In this document: positions 34,756-42,571 of the stretch, in pieces
How positions within the stretch are numbered: the first letter of the stretch is position 1
Layout of the letters: the number at the start of each line of letters is the position of its first letter
Origin: a virus
Lineage: Duplodnaviria; Caudoviricetes
Virus record (IMG/VR): IMGVR_UViG_3300037467_000724
Span: 1-44,131 of that record
DNA: 44,131 nucleotides
Direction: 5' to 3' (one strand)
The notes under the pieces: model-generated
What the model was told of the DNA's origin: nothing
Database searches by the model: none
Seen by the model: only the letters and a program-made list of their open reading frames with translations
Program-made: the position numbers and the translations under genes

Positions 34756-34982
34756 ACGCACCCCGCAATGCTGGGGCACCCCGCGCGCCCATTGCAGCTC
34801 CCGCAGCACCCACAGTTCGCCCATGGGCAGTGCGGCGCGGTGTGGCCTTCGCCACCACACAGGGCGCATTGCTTGCCCGCCTGGTGGGCTGACGTAGAGG
34901 CCGGCCGCAGCCTCTCATCCATCAGCGCGATGGCCTCGCGCGAGCGCTTGATAACCGCATCATGCGGCTGCAGTGGTCCCAT
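34752..34982 (-). CDS. Small CCHC zinc-knuckle / Cys-rich protein
   Basis: ATG at 34982 with GAGGA RBS; CALCGGEGHTAPHC = C-x2-C-x4-H-x4-C. Confidence 0.6.
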   Translation of the reverse strand: MGPLQPHDAVIKRSREAIALMDERLRPASTSAHQAGKQCALCGGEGHTAPHCPWANCGCCGSCNGRAGCPSIAGCV

Positions 34983-35328
34983 GCTCGATCCTCTCGTTGT
35001 CATTGGCTGGCGTTCGTCCGCGCCCCAGCACCTGCGCCTTTGCCTCGGCCACGCGGCGCTTCCACAGCGCCATCATGGTTTCCTCCAGCCGCTTGACCGC
35101 CTCGGGTCCGCGTTTCTGCTCGATGCCGCCCACGTAGATCGTGCGATACCACTTCGTTTCGGGTCGGCCGTAGAGGTACGCGCGCCGCGCTGCGAGCGTT
35201 GGCAGCGCCAGGATTGCGCGTGCCTCGGTTTCATGCCTCCAGGCTTCTGACCAGGTGCATGCCACAGCGCCATCCACCAGCGTGACGGGGGTGCACAGAC
35301 CGTTGCTATGGCAGTGGGCGCACGTCAT
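34960..35328 (-). CDS. Hypothetical phage protein
   Basis: CAHC...C, WSEAWRHETEAR..L.LP....R..YL...KRG; coupled to the primase stop. Confidence 0.75.
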   Translation of the reverse strand: MTCAHCHSNGLCTPVTLVDGAVACTWSEAWRHETEARAILALPTLAARRAYLYGRPETKWYRTIYVGGIEQKRGPEAVKRLEETMMALWKRRVAEAKAQVLGRGRTPANDNERIEHGTTAAA

Positions 35329-37706
35329 CAGAATGGCTTGCTCTCGTCTTCATGGTCGAAACGGTCACCCGCTATGCGGCCGATACGCCTTGGCATGCGA
35401 AAAAACCGCTGCCCTGCGGTGCCGCGTGTTGGGTCCGCGCCGGTGAGCTTGCGCAGCACCTTGCTGGCGTGCGTTGCCTGCTGTCTGCTTGGCTTGTCGA
35501 AGCCGATTTCCACCAGCACCTGGCTGGCTGTCATCGACTTGCCCACGAACGCATCGCGCTGCGCGAAGTCGAACGCGGCCAAAATCATTTCCTCGATGGG
35601 GTCCACGTTTTCGTGGTCGGCGTTGAATTCGTTCAGCGCCTTGAATTCCGTATCCGTAAGCCAGTGCTGTTCGCCAGCGCGCCACAGCTCCAGGATTTCG
35701 GCCCACAGTTGCTGCACATCGATGTTGTGTGCGTAATCGATGCCAACTACTGAAACAGTCCACCAACGCCGATTCCCGGTGTCGTCCACCAAGTAGCGGT
35801 CTTCATTGACGGACGCGAAGAACACCGTGCGGCGCTGGTAGACCGTCTCCATGCGGTCATACGGCCTGCGCAGCTTGTCAACGGCCTGCGTGATGAACGC
35901 TTTCAGGCGGGCGATGTCGGCTTTACGGAACGTCGCATCCAGCTCGCCCAGCTCCACCAGCCAATGGCTGATTGCGTTCGTCACCGTGTCCTTGTTGTTG
36001 GGGTCCAGCACCGCACCAACCAGCACCACGTCCTGCAGTTCGGCTGGAACCAGGCGCTTAATCCACTTCGTCTTCCCCTGTCCTTGCGGCCCCGTGAACA
36101 CCAGAACACCGTGGCTCTCGAAGCCTGATGGCATGAACACGGCGGCCACGGCAGACACCAGCCACCGAAGGATCAGCTTGTCTGCAAGCGTCCGATCACC
36201 ATCCACTCGCACCGTGTCACACAGCGCTTGAATGCGGCTGGTGCGGTCCCACGGCTTGCTGGTAATCCAGTCCTTCACGGGGTTGAACGCGTTTTTATCT
36301 GCAATGAGTTTCATGTAGTCCGGCAGCATTGACTGCGGCATGCGATTCCTCGCGGCCATGCTTGTGATTTCAGCCAGGACGCAATTGGCCTCGTTGTCGG
36401 CGCTGTAGGTGCGGGTGGGGATATGCACGCTCGTCAGCTTGCGCGCTTCGTTGTACCGCGCCGTAATCCCATACTCCCCCAGCATGTACGCCAGGTTTTC
36501 CACCGTGTTTAGCGGCTGCCCCTTGTCGCCCATATGCGGCCAGCCGTAGGCGTTCACCGGGTCCTGAAGTGCCACGCGAGGCTTGTTGTCGTTCGCTGGC
36601 GGCGGGGCCGGTGGCTGGCCCCCTTGGGGGGCTGGCGCGGGGGCTGGCGTAGATGACCTCCAGCGCCCGCTGGCAATCTGCCACGGATCGCCGCTGTTAT
36701 TGACCATGTACGCAGCCACCTGCTCAGTGGTCCAGCCCTCAGCCTCGGCGTCGGCCAAGTCCCAGCCGTGGCGCTCGCGGTCCATGGTGTAGCCCACCAT
36801 GATGACTTCGCGCGCAACGCCTTTCAGGCTGGTGGCCAGCGCCATCATGGCGCGGATGCTGGGCTGCTCATGGAGCTGCAGCAGCTGGTCGCCATTCTTG
36901 GCGCACAGCGCATCGAAGTCCGGCCACAGCACAACGCGCCGGCCAGCCAGCGCCGTCACGCTCACGCGGTCCGAAGTCTCCACGCCGCCCAGCCAGGTGG
37001 TAACGATGGCCGATGTTCCGAACAGACGCTGGCCGGCGTCGGCGGCCTTCTCGCCCTCAACCACAATGGCATCCGCCTCGGGATCGGCCGCCAGCCTGTC
37101 CAGGCCGTACAGCGGTCGTTTCTTCGTGCCCGTGATCCCGCGCCAGCTCCAGCGCGCGCGATTGTCTTCCGCAGGCTGACGGCACCAACTGCGCGGAATG
37201 ATCTGCTTTCGCTCGCCCTTCGGTTCGAACCTGCATACGTACAGCAGCAGCGCGCCGTTCTTGTCGCGATACTCCCACCGCATGGTGGGCTCGCCGTAAT
37301 TCGGATGCCTGAACGTGGGCGGCGGCGCATCGCTGGGCACCGGCAAAATGATTTCCGGCTTAGGCGGCTCCAGCTTCGTGACGTTGGCCGCGCGCTCGCG
37401 TGTCTCGGGGTCGCCCAGCTTCACGCCGTGGCTGTCGGCCAGTTCCTTTGCCGCCTTACCTTGGTCATTCGCGTGGAACAGGTAGGCGTACAGGCTCACC
37501 AGGTCCGAACCGCCTTCGTCCGTCGCGTAGTCCTTCCAAACGCCCTTGGCGGCGTTCATCGTGAAACTGCCTGGCGTGCGATCCGCGCGCGTCGGGTTCG
37601 GCGCGATCCATTCATCGCCGCGCCAATACCCGCCAGGTGCCCACTCAGGCAGACGCAACCGCGCGTCTATGGCCTGGTTGATGGCGTCGAAATCGAGTTT
37701 GTTCAT
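35328..37706 (-). CDS. Primase-helicase (TOPRIM plus VirE/VapE-type P-loop ATPase)
   Basis: W.D.AT..GG.DL.SL, PLY.L, VVEGEKAA, WPD.D, WDLAD; GPQGQGKT Walker A, ELGEL, R.PY, D.TGNRR.W. Confidence 0.92.
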   Translation of the reverse strand: MNKLDFDAINQAIDARLRLPEWAPGGYWRGDEWIAPNPTRADRTPGSFTMNAAKGVWKDYATDEGGSDLVSLYAYLFHANDQGKAAKELADSHGVKLGDPETRERAANVTKLEPPKPEIILPVPSDAPPPTFRHPNYGEPTMRWEYRDKNGALLLYVCRFEPKGERKQIIPRSWCRQPAEDNRARWSWRGITGTKKRPLYGLDRLAADPEADAIVVEGEKAADAGQRLFGTSAIVTTWLGGVETSDRVSVTALAGRRVVLWPDFDALCAKNGDQLLQLHEQPSIRAMMALATSLKGVAREVIMVGYTMDRERHGWDLADAEAEGWTTEQVAAYMVNNSGDPWQIASGRWRSSTPAPAPAPQGGQPPAPPPANDNKPRVALQDPVNAYGWPHMGDKGQPLNTVENLAYMLGEYGITARYNEARKLTSVHIPTRTYSADNEANCVLAEITSMAARNRMPQSMLPDYMKLIADKNAFNPVKDWITSKPWDRTSRIQALCDTVRVDGDRTLADKLILRWLVSAVAAVFMPSGFESHGVLVFTGPQGQGKTKWIKRLVPAELQDVVLVGAVLDPNNKDTVTNAISHWLVELGELDATFRKADIARLKAFITQAVDKLRRPYDRMETVYQRRTVFFASVNEDRYLVDDTGNRRWWTVSVVGIDYAHNIDVQQLWAEILELWRAGEQHWLTDTEFKALNEFNADHENVDPIEEMILAAFDFAQRDAFVGKSMTASQVLVEIGFDKPSRQQATHASKVLRKLTGADPTRGTAGQRFFRMPRRIGRIAGDRFDHEDESKPF

Positions 37707-38374
37707 GCGGCGGCTGCCTCACTCGCTCGCATGTTGTCGTTCGCCGCAATCGGTGCCGATGCGGAACGCGCAATCGCCAGCAACACGTCTCGGAACTCTG
37801 GCGGGGTAGCGTTGCGGGCGCGCGTCTTGTCCTTGCCCCCCACCATCGCCATCATCCCGATGCGGCGGGCTTTTTCGTACCCGTACAGCTCCAGTGCGCG
37901 CGGATGAATTCGCTGCGGCGAAGGCCCCCATTGCAATGCGGGTCGATCTGTTCCGACCGCATAAAGCCATGTGGCTTTGCGCGACAGGTGACCGTAGTGG
38001 CCCTGCTCAACGCGACACGTCCAGCCGCCAAAATCGTCAGCCTGGACCCATCCACCAGCGGCTGGTGGCACGCGCAGCCCGAAGTAGCGCCATGCATGCG
38101 AGTGCGCAGGGTGCTCCAGCACGCCACCATAGTTTCGAACGGCAGTGAGAGCCGACGCGAAGCAACCGGCGTCTTCGCCTAGCCTGAATTGATGCGGCTT
38201 GTTCGGCGCGCCATGCCAGTAGCGCCCCCATCGCTGGCACGGCGGATGCGCAACAACAGGATTAGGCCCGCTGTACCTTCTGGCGTCCCTAGGCTCGTCC
38301 CAGGCGTCAACACCGACGATGCCGAAGTAGGCACCATCAGTTTCGACGTAAAGAGCAGCAACGGCGCGCGTCAC
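37703..38374 (-). CDS. C5 DNA-methyltransferase-like protein (atypical)
   Basis: D...DAR, VAHPPC, VLEHP, Q..YGH..RKATWL, R..TP..F..L motifs; canonical FxGxG not visible. Confidence 0.55.
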   Translation of the reverse strand: MTRAVAALYVETDGAYFGIVGVDAWDEPRDARRYSGPNPVVAHPPCQRWGRYWHGAPNKPHQFRLGEDAGCFASALTAVRNYGGVLEHPAHSHAWRYFGLRVPPAAGGWVQADDFGGWTCRVEQGHYGHLSRKATWLYAVGTDRPALQWGPSPQRIHPRALELYGYEKARRIGMMAMVGGKDKTRARNATPPEFRDVLLAIARSASAPIAANDNMRASEAAAA

Positions 38375-38592
38375 GCCGTGACCCCTGCGCGCGCCGCAAC
38401 GGTCAACTTGACCAGCTGCAACAACTCGGCAGGAATCACCCGCTCATTCGAGCGGCATCGCCAGATGGCGACAGTGGTTTTGGATCGGCCCGTGATGCGC
38501 GCCACATCGGCGTCCTTCAGGCCATGATTGCTCATCAGCGCGCGCAGTGCGCGTGTGTTCTTGTGCGGCTGTTCCGCCTTCTTCGTTGCCAT
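38371..38592 (-). CDS. Small HTH DNA-binding protein
   Basis: LRALM..HGL...DVARITGRS..TV..WR; has its own promoter upstream. Confidence 0.7.
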   Translation of the reverse strand: MATKKAEQPHKNTRALRALMSNHGLKDADVARITGRSKTTVAIWRCRSNERVIPAELLQLVKLTVAARAGVTA

Positions 38593-38630
38593 TTGCCCCT
38601 CGCGTCCTTTTATTGCTGAGCGTGTTTCGT

Positions 38631-38659
38631 ATTGTATGCTCAGCCTTTACTTCCGTAAA
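38631..38659 (-). promoter_or_regulatory. Sigma70-like promoter with palindromic operator over -35
   Basis: - strand TTTACG-N17-TACAAT; TTTAC-TTCC-GTAAA at 38646-38659. Confidence 0.7.
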
Positions 38660-38665
38660 TACTAC

Positions 38666-39103
38666 TTACAGTTCACTATGCATCACCCTCGATAAATCAA
38701 ACACGGAATTGGGGATGTTCACCCGCGCGAAGTCGATAATTTCACGCGGCGATGCTTCTTGCGGTAACTCCGGGAACTTGAACGGCTCGCGGCGCGACGG
38801 CTTGGGGGCTGCCGTAGGATGCCAGCCGCGCGCAGCCACCAGGCGGCCCTTCTCCGTCAGCCCATAGACGGTGCGAACCGTGCGCCGATCCTGGCGGCCC
38901 TCCAGGGGTTCTTCGAACGACTCACACAGCCCAAGCGATGCCAGACGTTTGAGCGTTGCTGCGGTAGCCCCGTGAGACTTCGCGCGCTGCTTGGCCACGC
39001 AATCAACTGCAATTCCGGTGCCGTTGTGTGGCAGCATGCAGAGAACTTCGTATCCCTCGCGGCGCAGTTTTTGATCCTCGCCAACGATCATCCAGTAGGA
39101 CAT
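38666..39103 (-). CDS. Hypothetical protein (possible winged helix)
   Basis: TLKRLASLGL.E...YGLTEKGR pattern. Confidence 0.6.
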   Translation of the reverse strand: MSYWMIVGEDQKLRREGYEVLCMLPHNGTGIAVDCVAKQRAKSHGATAATLKRLASLGLCESFEEPLEGRQDRRTVRTVYGLTEKGRLVAARGWHPTAAPKPSRREPFKFPELPQEASPREIIDFARVNIPNSVFDLSRVMHSEL

Positions 39104-39105
39104 TT

Positions 39106-39714
39106 TTAGTCGGGTTCGCCGGTGTGTTCTTCGAGGTGGCGGATAGTGGGTGACGGCGAAAACGTGTTGCGGGGAGGTGCTGACACGCCAAGGGCGCGCC
39201 GGGCGATCCCGTGGATCTCCGCGACTTCTTCGCGCCCACCTTCCGGGGCCATGACCTCGATGCCGATGATTTCCTCTAGTGCAGCCCGCAGATGCTGTGC
39301 TCCGTCAGGTTGATCCGCGCCAGTAGTGCGGTTGCCTATACCCTCGTCTTCGCACCACGAATCGATGTCGCGGCGGGGCGAATCCATGCCATGAGCGGCA
39401 ATCACCTGCCGGGCGATGGTTTCGCACTCTCTGGCCTTGTGCTTGTCCAGCCCCGCGAGCCGCACGAAATTCACCGTGAACGCATCGGCAGGGATGCCCG
39501 ACGCTTGCACGCCAGCAAGGTCCGCCGCTCCCTTCGTGGGGCTGGCGTTGGCCAGCAACGCCTCCGCCAGCCAATACAGCAGCCGCTCAGACAACTGCCC
39601 ACGATCCTTGCGCGCATACATGCCGCTGCCGCCAGCGGCCTCATGCAGCGGCGACTGCACCAGGATTTCGCCCTGCGCTTGGCCGCGCTCGATGTTCCAG
39701 CCGGCGGGGATCAT
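39106..39714 (-). CDS. Hypothetical phage protein
   Basis: ATG at 39714 overlaps the upstream stop; 202 aa. Confidence 0.7.
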   Translation of the reverse strand: MIPAGWNIERGQAQGEILVQSPLHEAAGGSGMYARKDRGQLSERLLYWLAEALLANASPTKGAADLAGVQASGIPADAFTVNFVRLAGLDKHKARECETIARQVIAAHGMDSPRRDIDSWCEDEGIGNRTTGADQPDGAQHLRAALEEIIGIEVMAPEGGREEVAEIHGIARRALGVSAPPRNTFSPSPTIRHLEEHTGEPD

Positions 39715-40028
39715 GCGGCGACCCCTTGCGCTCGCTCGTCGCAAGTGGCCAACGCTCGCGCGGCGTAGATCGCATCAGACACTTCCTTGTCCGTGTACGT
39801 GCGCAGAAGGTACGGCGCGGCATCATCGCCATCGCGAGCCATCGATTCCGCATAGTTGGCCAGCTTCATGGCGGCGGCCGCCAAGGCATTTCTCTGCCCC
39901 ACCACATTCTGCAGCCGCATATACATGACGGCCCGCTCATCCCGCAGCGCCCTGCATTCGGCCTGCGCGTCCTGCACGGCTTCCATTGCCGTCACAAGCC
40001 TGGCGCGCAGTTGTTCGATGTCTTCCAT
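39711..40028 (-). CDS. Hypothetical coiled-coil protein
   Basis: Strong GGAGG RBS; heptad pattern. Confidence 0.75.
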   Translation of the reverse strand: MEDIEQLRARLVTAMEAVQDAQAECRALRDERAVMYMRLQNVVGQRNALAAAAMKLANYAESMARDGDDAAPYLLRTYTDKEVSDAIYAARALATCDERAQGVAA

Positions 40029-40091
40029 AAAACCTCCAGGTAATGAAATGCCGCTAGCGGCGATGTATTGAAGTGATTTTCAATGAGACAA

Positions 40092-40122
40092 ATTCTACGC
40101 CTGAGGCATTTACTTCCGTAAA
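40092..40122 (-). promoter_or_regulatory. Promoter with a second copy of the TTTAC-TTCC-GTAAA operator
   Basis: Identical 14-mer at 40109-40122; TAGAAT -10 at 40092-40097 (19-nt spacer); AT-rich intergenic region. Confidence 0.6.
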
Positions 40123-40131
40123 CAATCCCGA

Positions 40132-40482
40132 CTACTCGGCGCGGTTATTATCATTCGCCGCCAGCGTCTTGCCCCGACTCGTCAAATGAAACCCATGGCA
40201 ATACGGGCACGGATACGCCCGCACCGGCACATACGAATTCCTCGCAAACCTCGCGATCCTCACCAGCTCCAGCTGCGCCTGGATGGCATCGTGGTAGCGC
40301 TCTTTCGCGCACACCACGCCGCCATCCTTCATCAGCCACGCGACCACTCGCCCCTTGACGATGATCTGCGTGGCCTGCGCCTCACGCTGCAGGTGTTCCA
40401 TGGCCTTGCGGGCGAACTGCGTTCGGCCCTTGGCCCGCCGCTCGATCTTGGCGCGCTTGCGAGCAAACTCCGATGCGTGCAT
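40132..40482 (-). CDS. Hypothetical zinc-binding protein
   Basis: ATG at 40482; C.K.RY....A...L and RAYPCPYCHGFHLTS. Confidence 0.7.
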   Translation of the reverse strand: MHASEFARKRAKIERRAKGRTQFARKAMEHLQREAQATQIIVKGRVVAWLMKDGGVVCAKERYHDAIQAQLELVRIARFARNSYVPVRAYPCPYCHGFHLTSRGKTLAANDNNRAE

Positions 40483-40547
40483 GTCCCATCGCTCCGTCCC
40501 GCTGGCGGCCGTCTGGCGCGGCCTGGAATTGATTTGCAGCCACCCTC

Positions 40548-40563
40548 TGGGGGCTGACGTTAG
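40548..40563 (-). repeat. Dispersed 16-bp motif copy
   Basis: + strand TGGGGGCTGACGTTAG at the stop of the HD gene; 13-bp core is exact. Confidence 0.75.
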
Positions 40564-41207
40564 AGCACCCGCATTTCCCCGTGCGTCGGGCATTCCCACC
40601 GCTTGCCGCTGGGGCTGGTGATGGGCTTGCCGTCGCTGAAGCAGTTGCACGGTGCCCCCATCAGCTCACGCGCAAGGATCAGGAACCGCCTGCGCGCTTC
40701 CTCGGGATGCCAGCACGTCACCTTCACCACGGAAGGCTGAATGCCGTCCAGGCATGGCCACCGGCCACCGTCAATGTGCATCAGGTCGCGCTGTTCGGTG
40801 CGCAGCGCCACCAGGTCCGCATGCTTGATCTCTGGCGGCTTCGCGTCTGCGTCCAAGCCGAACCCCGCCAGTATCACGCGCTCGCAGCGATCCTCGATGA
40901 CCTTGTATTCCGGCAGCAGGCGCTTCAGCGGCCCCGCCATGTCGCCGACCACCGCCTCCACGGCGTCATGGAACAGGCCCCACTTGCGAAGGGCTGGAGG
41001 CAGCAGCAACGCCACCAGGATGCTGTGCTGCGCAACGCTGTAGAACCCACGGGAGTGGCCGGTGAACCGGCAGATGTGCGCGAGCGCGTGGGCGACTTCC
41101 TCCAGCGTCAGTGGCGTGGGGTTGGTGAAGTCGAAGTAGCGGCCGGTGGATAGCAGGATGGTGGGGCCGACGGTTGCGATGCGGCGGTCATAGTCGTCCA
41201 TGCTCAC
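40560..41207 (-). CDS. HD-domain phosphohydrolase (phage 5'-deoxynucleotidase-like)
   Basis: AHALAHICRFTGH...YSVAQHS...FHDAVEA..GD..PLK...K.AD..AL.TE.RDL. Confidence 0.88.
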   Translation of the reverse strand: MSMDDYDRRIATVGPTILLSTGRYFDFTNPTPLTLEEVAHALAHICRFTGHSRGFYSVAQHSILVALLLPPALRKWGLFHDAVEAVVGDMAGPLKRLLPEYKVIEDRCERVILAGFGLDADAKPPEIKHADLVALRTEQRDLMHIDGGRWPCLDGIQPSVVKVTCWHPEEARRRFLILARELMGAPCNCFSDGKPITSPSGKRWECPTHGEMRVL

Positions 41208-41905
41208 CGCCCCGTAGACCCGCAGGCCCCGTCACCGCGCGCGGTGTCGCTCAGCTCGTCCACTTCCATCAGCGCCCACTGCTGGACCGGCAGCAGCATG
41301 CATTGCGCGATGCGGTCGCCTTTGCGTACTTCGAATGCTTCGGCGTCTGAGGTCAGGCGCACGCGCAGTTCGCCCCGGTAGTCGCTGTCGATCACGCCCA
41401 CGCAGTTGGCCAGCCGCACATCGTGGTTGAAGCCGTGTCCGCTGCGCGAGTAAACCAGCATGACGTGTCCTGCTGGCACTTCAAACGCCAAGCCAGTGCT
41501 GAACGTGTTAGCGCAGTCGATTTGCGTCACGCCGTCATCCACCGCGTGGACATCGAAACACGCCGCGCCAGCCGTCATGTACTGCGGCAGCTTCGCATCA
41601 GGGTGAACTCGTTTCACCTTCAGCTTGGGGCGCAGCTCATCGTCCGCGAACTGCACCCGCATGGGCTTGCCCAGAATAGCCTCCACCAGCTCGCCGCCGG
41701 CCTCGCGCATATGCTGGCGGGCGCTCGCGATCTTGTCTCCGTCAGCCCCCAGAAGGTGCGCCCGCTCGGCCGCATGTTGCTCAACGCTGCGCGTCACCGG
41801 CGGCCAAGGCTCGCCCACCAGCTCGCCAACGCTGTCCATGCATTCGGCCTTCAGGTCGTTGCCGCCAGCGGCCACGCGGTAAAAGCGATTTTCGCTTTGA
41901 TTCAT
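41204..41905 (-). CDS. dut: Trimeric dUTPase with N-terminal extension
   Basis: Motifs AGAACFD, SRSG, GVIDSDYRGE, GDRIAQ, RGDGACGSTG. Confidence 0.95.
   Translation of the reverse strand: MNQSENRFYRVAAGGNDLKAECMDSVGELVGEPWPPVTRSVEQHAAERAHLLGADGDKIASARQHMREAGGELVEAILGKPMRVQFADDELRPKLKVKRVHPDAKLPQYMTAGAACFDVHAVDDGVTQIDCANTFSTGLAFEVPAGHVMLVYSRSGHGFNHDVRLANCVGVIDSDYRGELRVRLTSDAEAFEVRKGDRIAQCMLLPVQQWALMEVDELSDTARGDGACGSTGR
41736..41751 (+). repeat. Dispersed 16-bp motif copy
   Basis: TCTCCGTCAGCCCCCA (1 mismatch). Confidence 0.8.
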
Positions 41906-42306
41906 TCCGTCTTCCCTCCAGCGCCGACAACCATAGCCAGCGCATCATCCACGGATCGCCACACCCCTGCGCGTCCGCCGTTTCGTTGAATGGCCTGCAG
42001 GAAGACCGCTTGCTTGTCCGACACGCGGCCGGAACTCGTTTTGATTTCACCCGCCAGGAACTGACCGATTGTGCGCCCCACCATGTCCTGCGTAATGCGG
42101 ACTTGCACCAATCCGAAGGTGTCCGCGAACCCTGGCGGCAGGCCAGTTGAAAACGGCCGCGCATCGTGAATCAGCACCTTGCCGCCAGGAAGATGCTCGA
42201 TGTGATTTCCGGTCCATGCGCGGCCGGTGTTCGCTCGGAATAGCAGGCAGTGCCCCGCCAGCGCGTTTCTGATGGCGTTCTGCAGGGCGTGTTCGCGTTC
42301 AGCCAC
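41902..42306 (-). CDS. VRR-NUC domain nuclease
   Basis: E..LQ..I, LFR.N.G, G..D..G, EIKT..GR.S..Q..F......GG.AGV.RSV.D. Confidence 0.9.
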   Translation of the reverse strand: MAEREHALQNAIRNALAGHCLLFRANTGRAWTGNHIEHLPGGKVLIHDARPFSTGLPPGFADTFGLVQVRITQDMVGRTIGQFLAGEIKTSSGRVSDKQAVFLQAIQRNGGRAGVWRSVDDALAMVVGAGGKTE

Positions 42307-42571
42307 GCACGTCCCCCTTGGGGGCTGACGTAGATGGATCGGCGGCCAGGCCGCGCCATCGTCTTGGTGCTGGCTCTATGACTAAGGTTCTGGCGTCTGC
42401 AGCCGTTTCTTTCGGCGTGCCGTGGCCGTAGTGCCACCGCGTGCCATCCCAGTACTGGAACTCTCTTCGAGAGAAGTCCCCGGGGTAATCCATGAAGTCC
42501 TTTTCGTAGACTCCAGGGCGAGCGGGTTTTGCGTCAGCCGGAAACCACGGCGTCAGGACCTCGGCGCTCAT
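42299..42571 (-). CDS. Hypothetical phage protein
   Basis: LTPWFP...KP.RPGVYE...YWDG..W...WRGLA.DP pattern. Confidence 0.75.
   Translation of the reverse strand: MSAEVLTPWFPADAKPARPGVYEKDFMDYPGDFSRREFQYWDGTRWHYGHGTPKETAADARTLVIEPAPRRWRGLAADPSTSAPKGDVRG
42319..42334 (-). repeat. Dispersed 16-bp motif copy
   Basis: + strand exact TGGGGGCTGACGTAGA. Confidence 0.9.
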
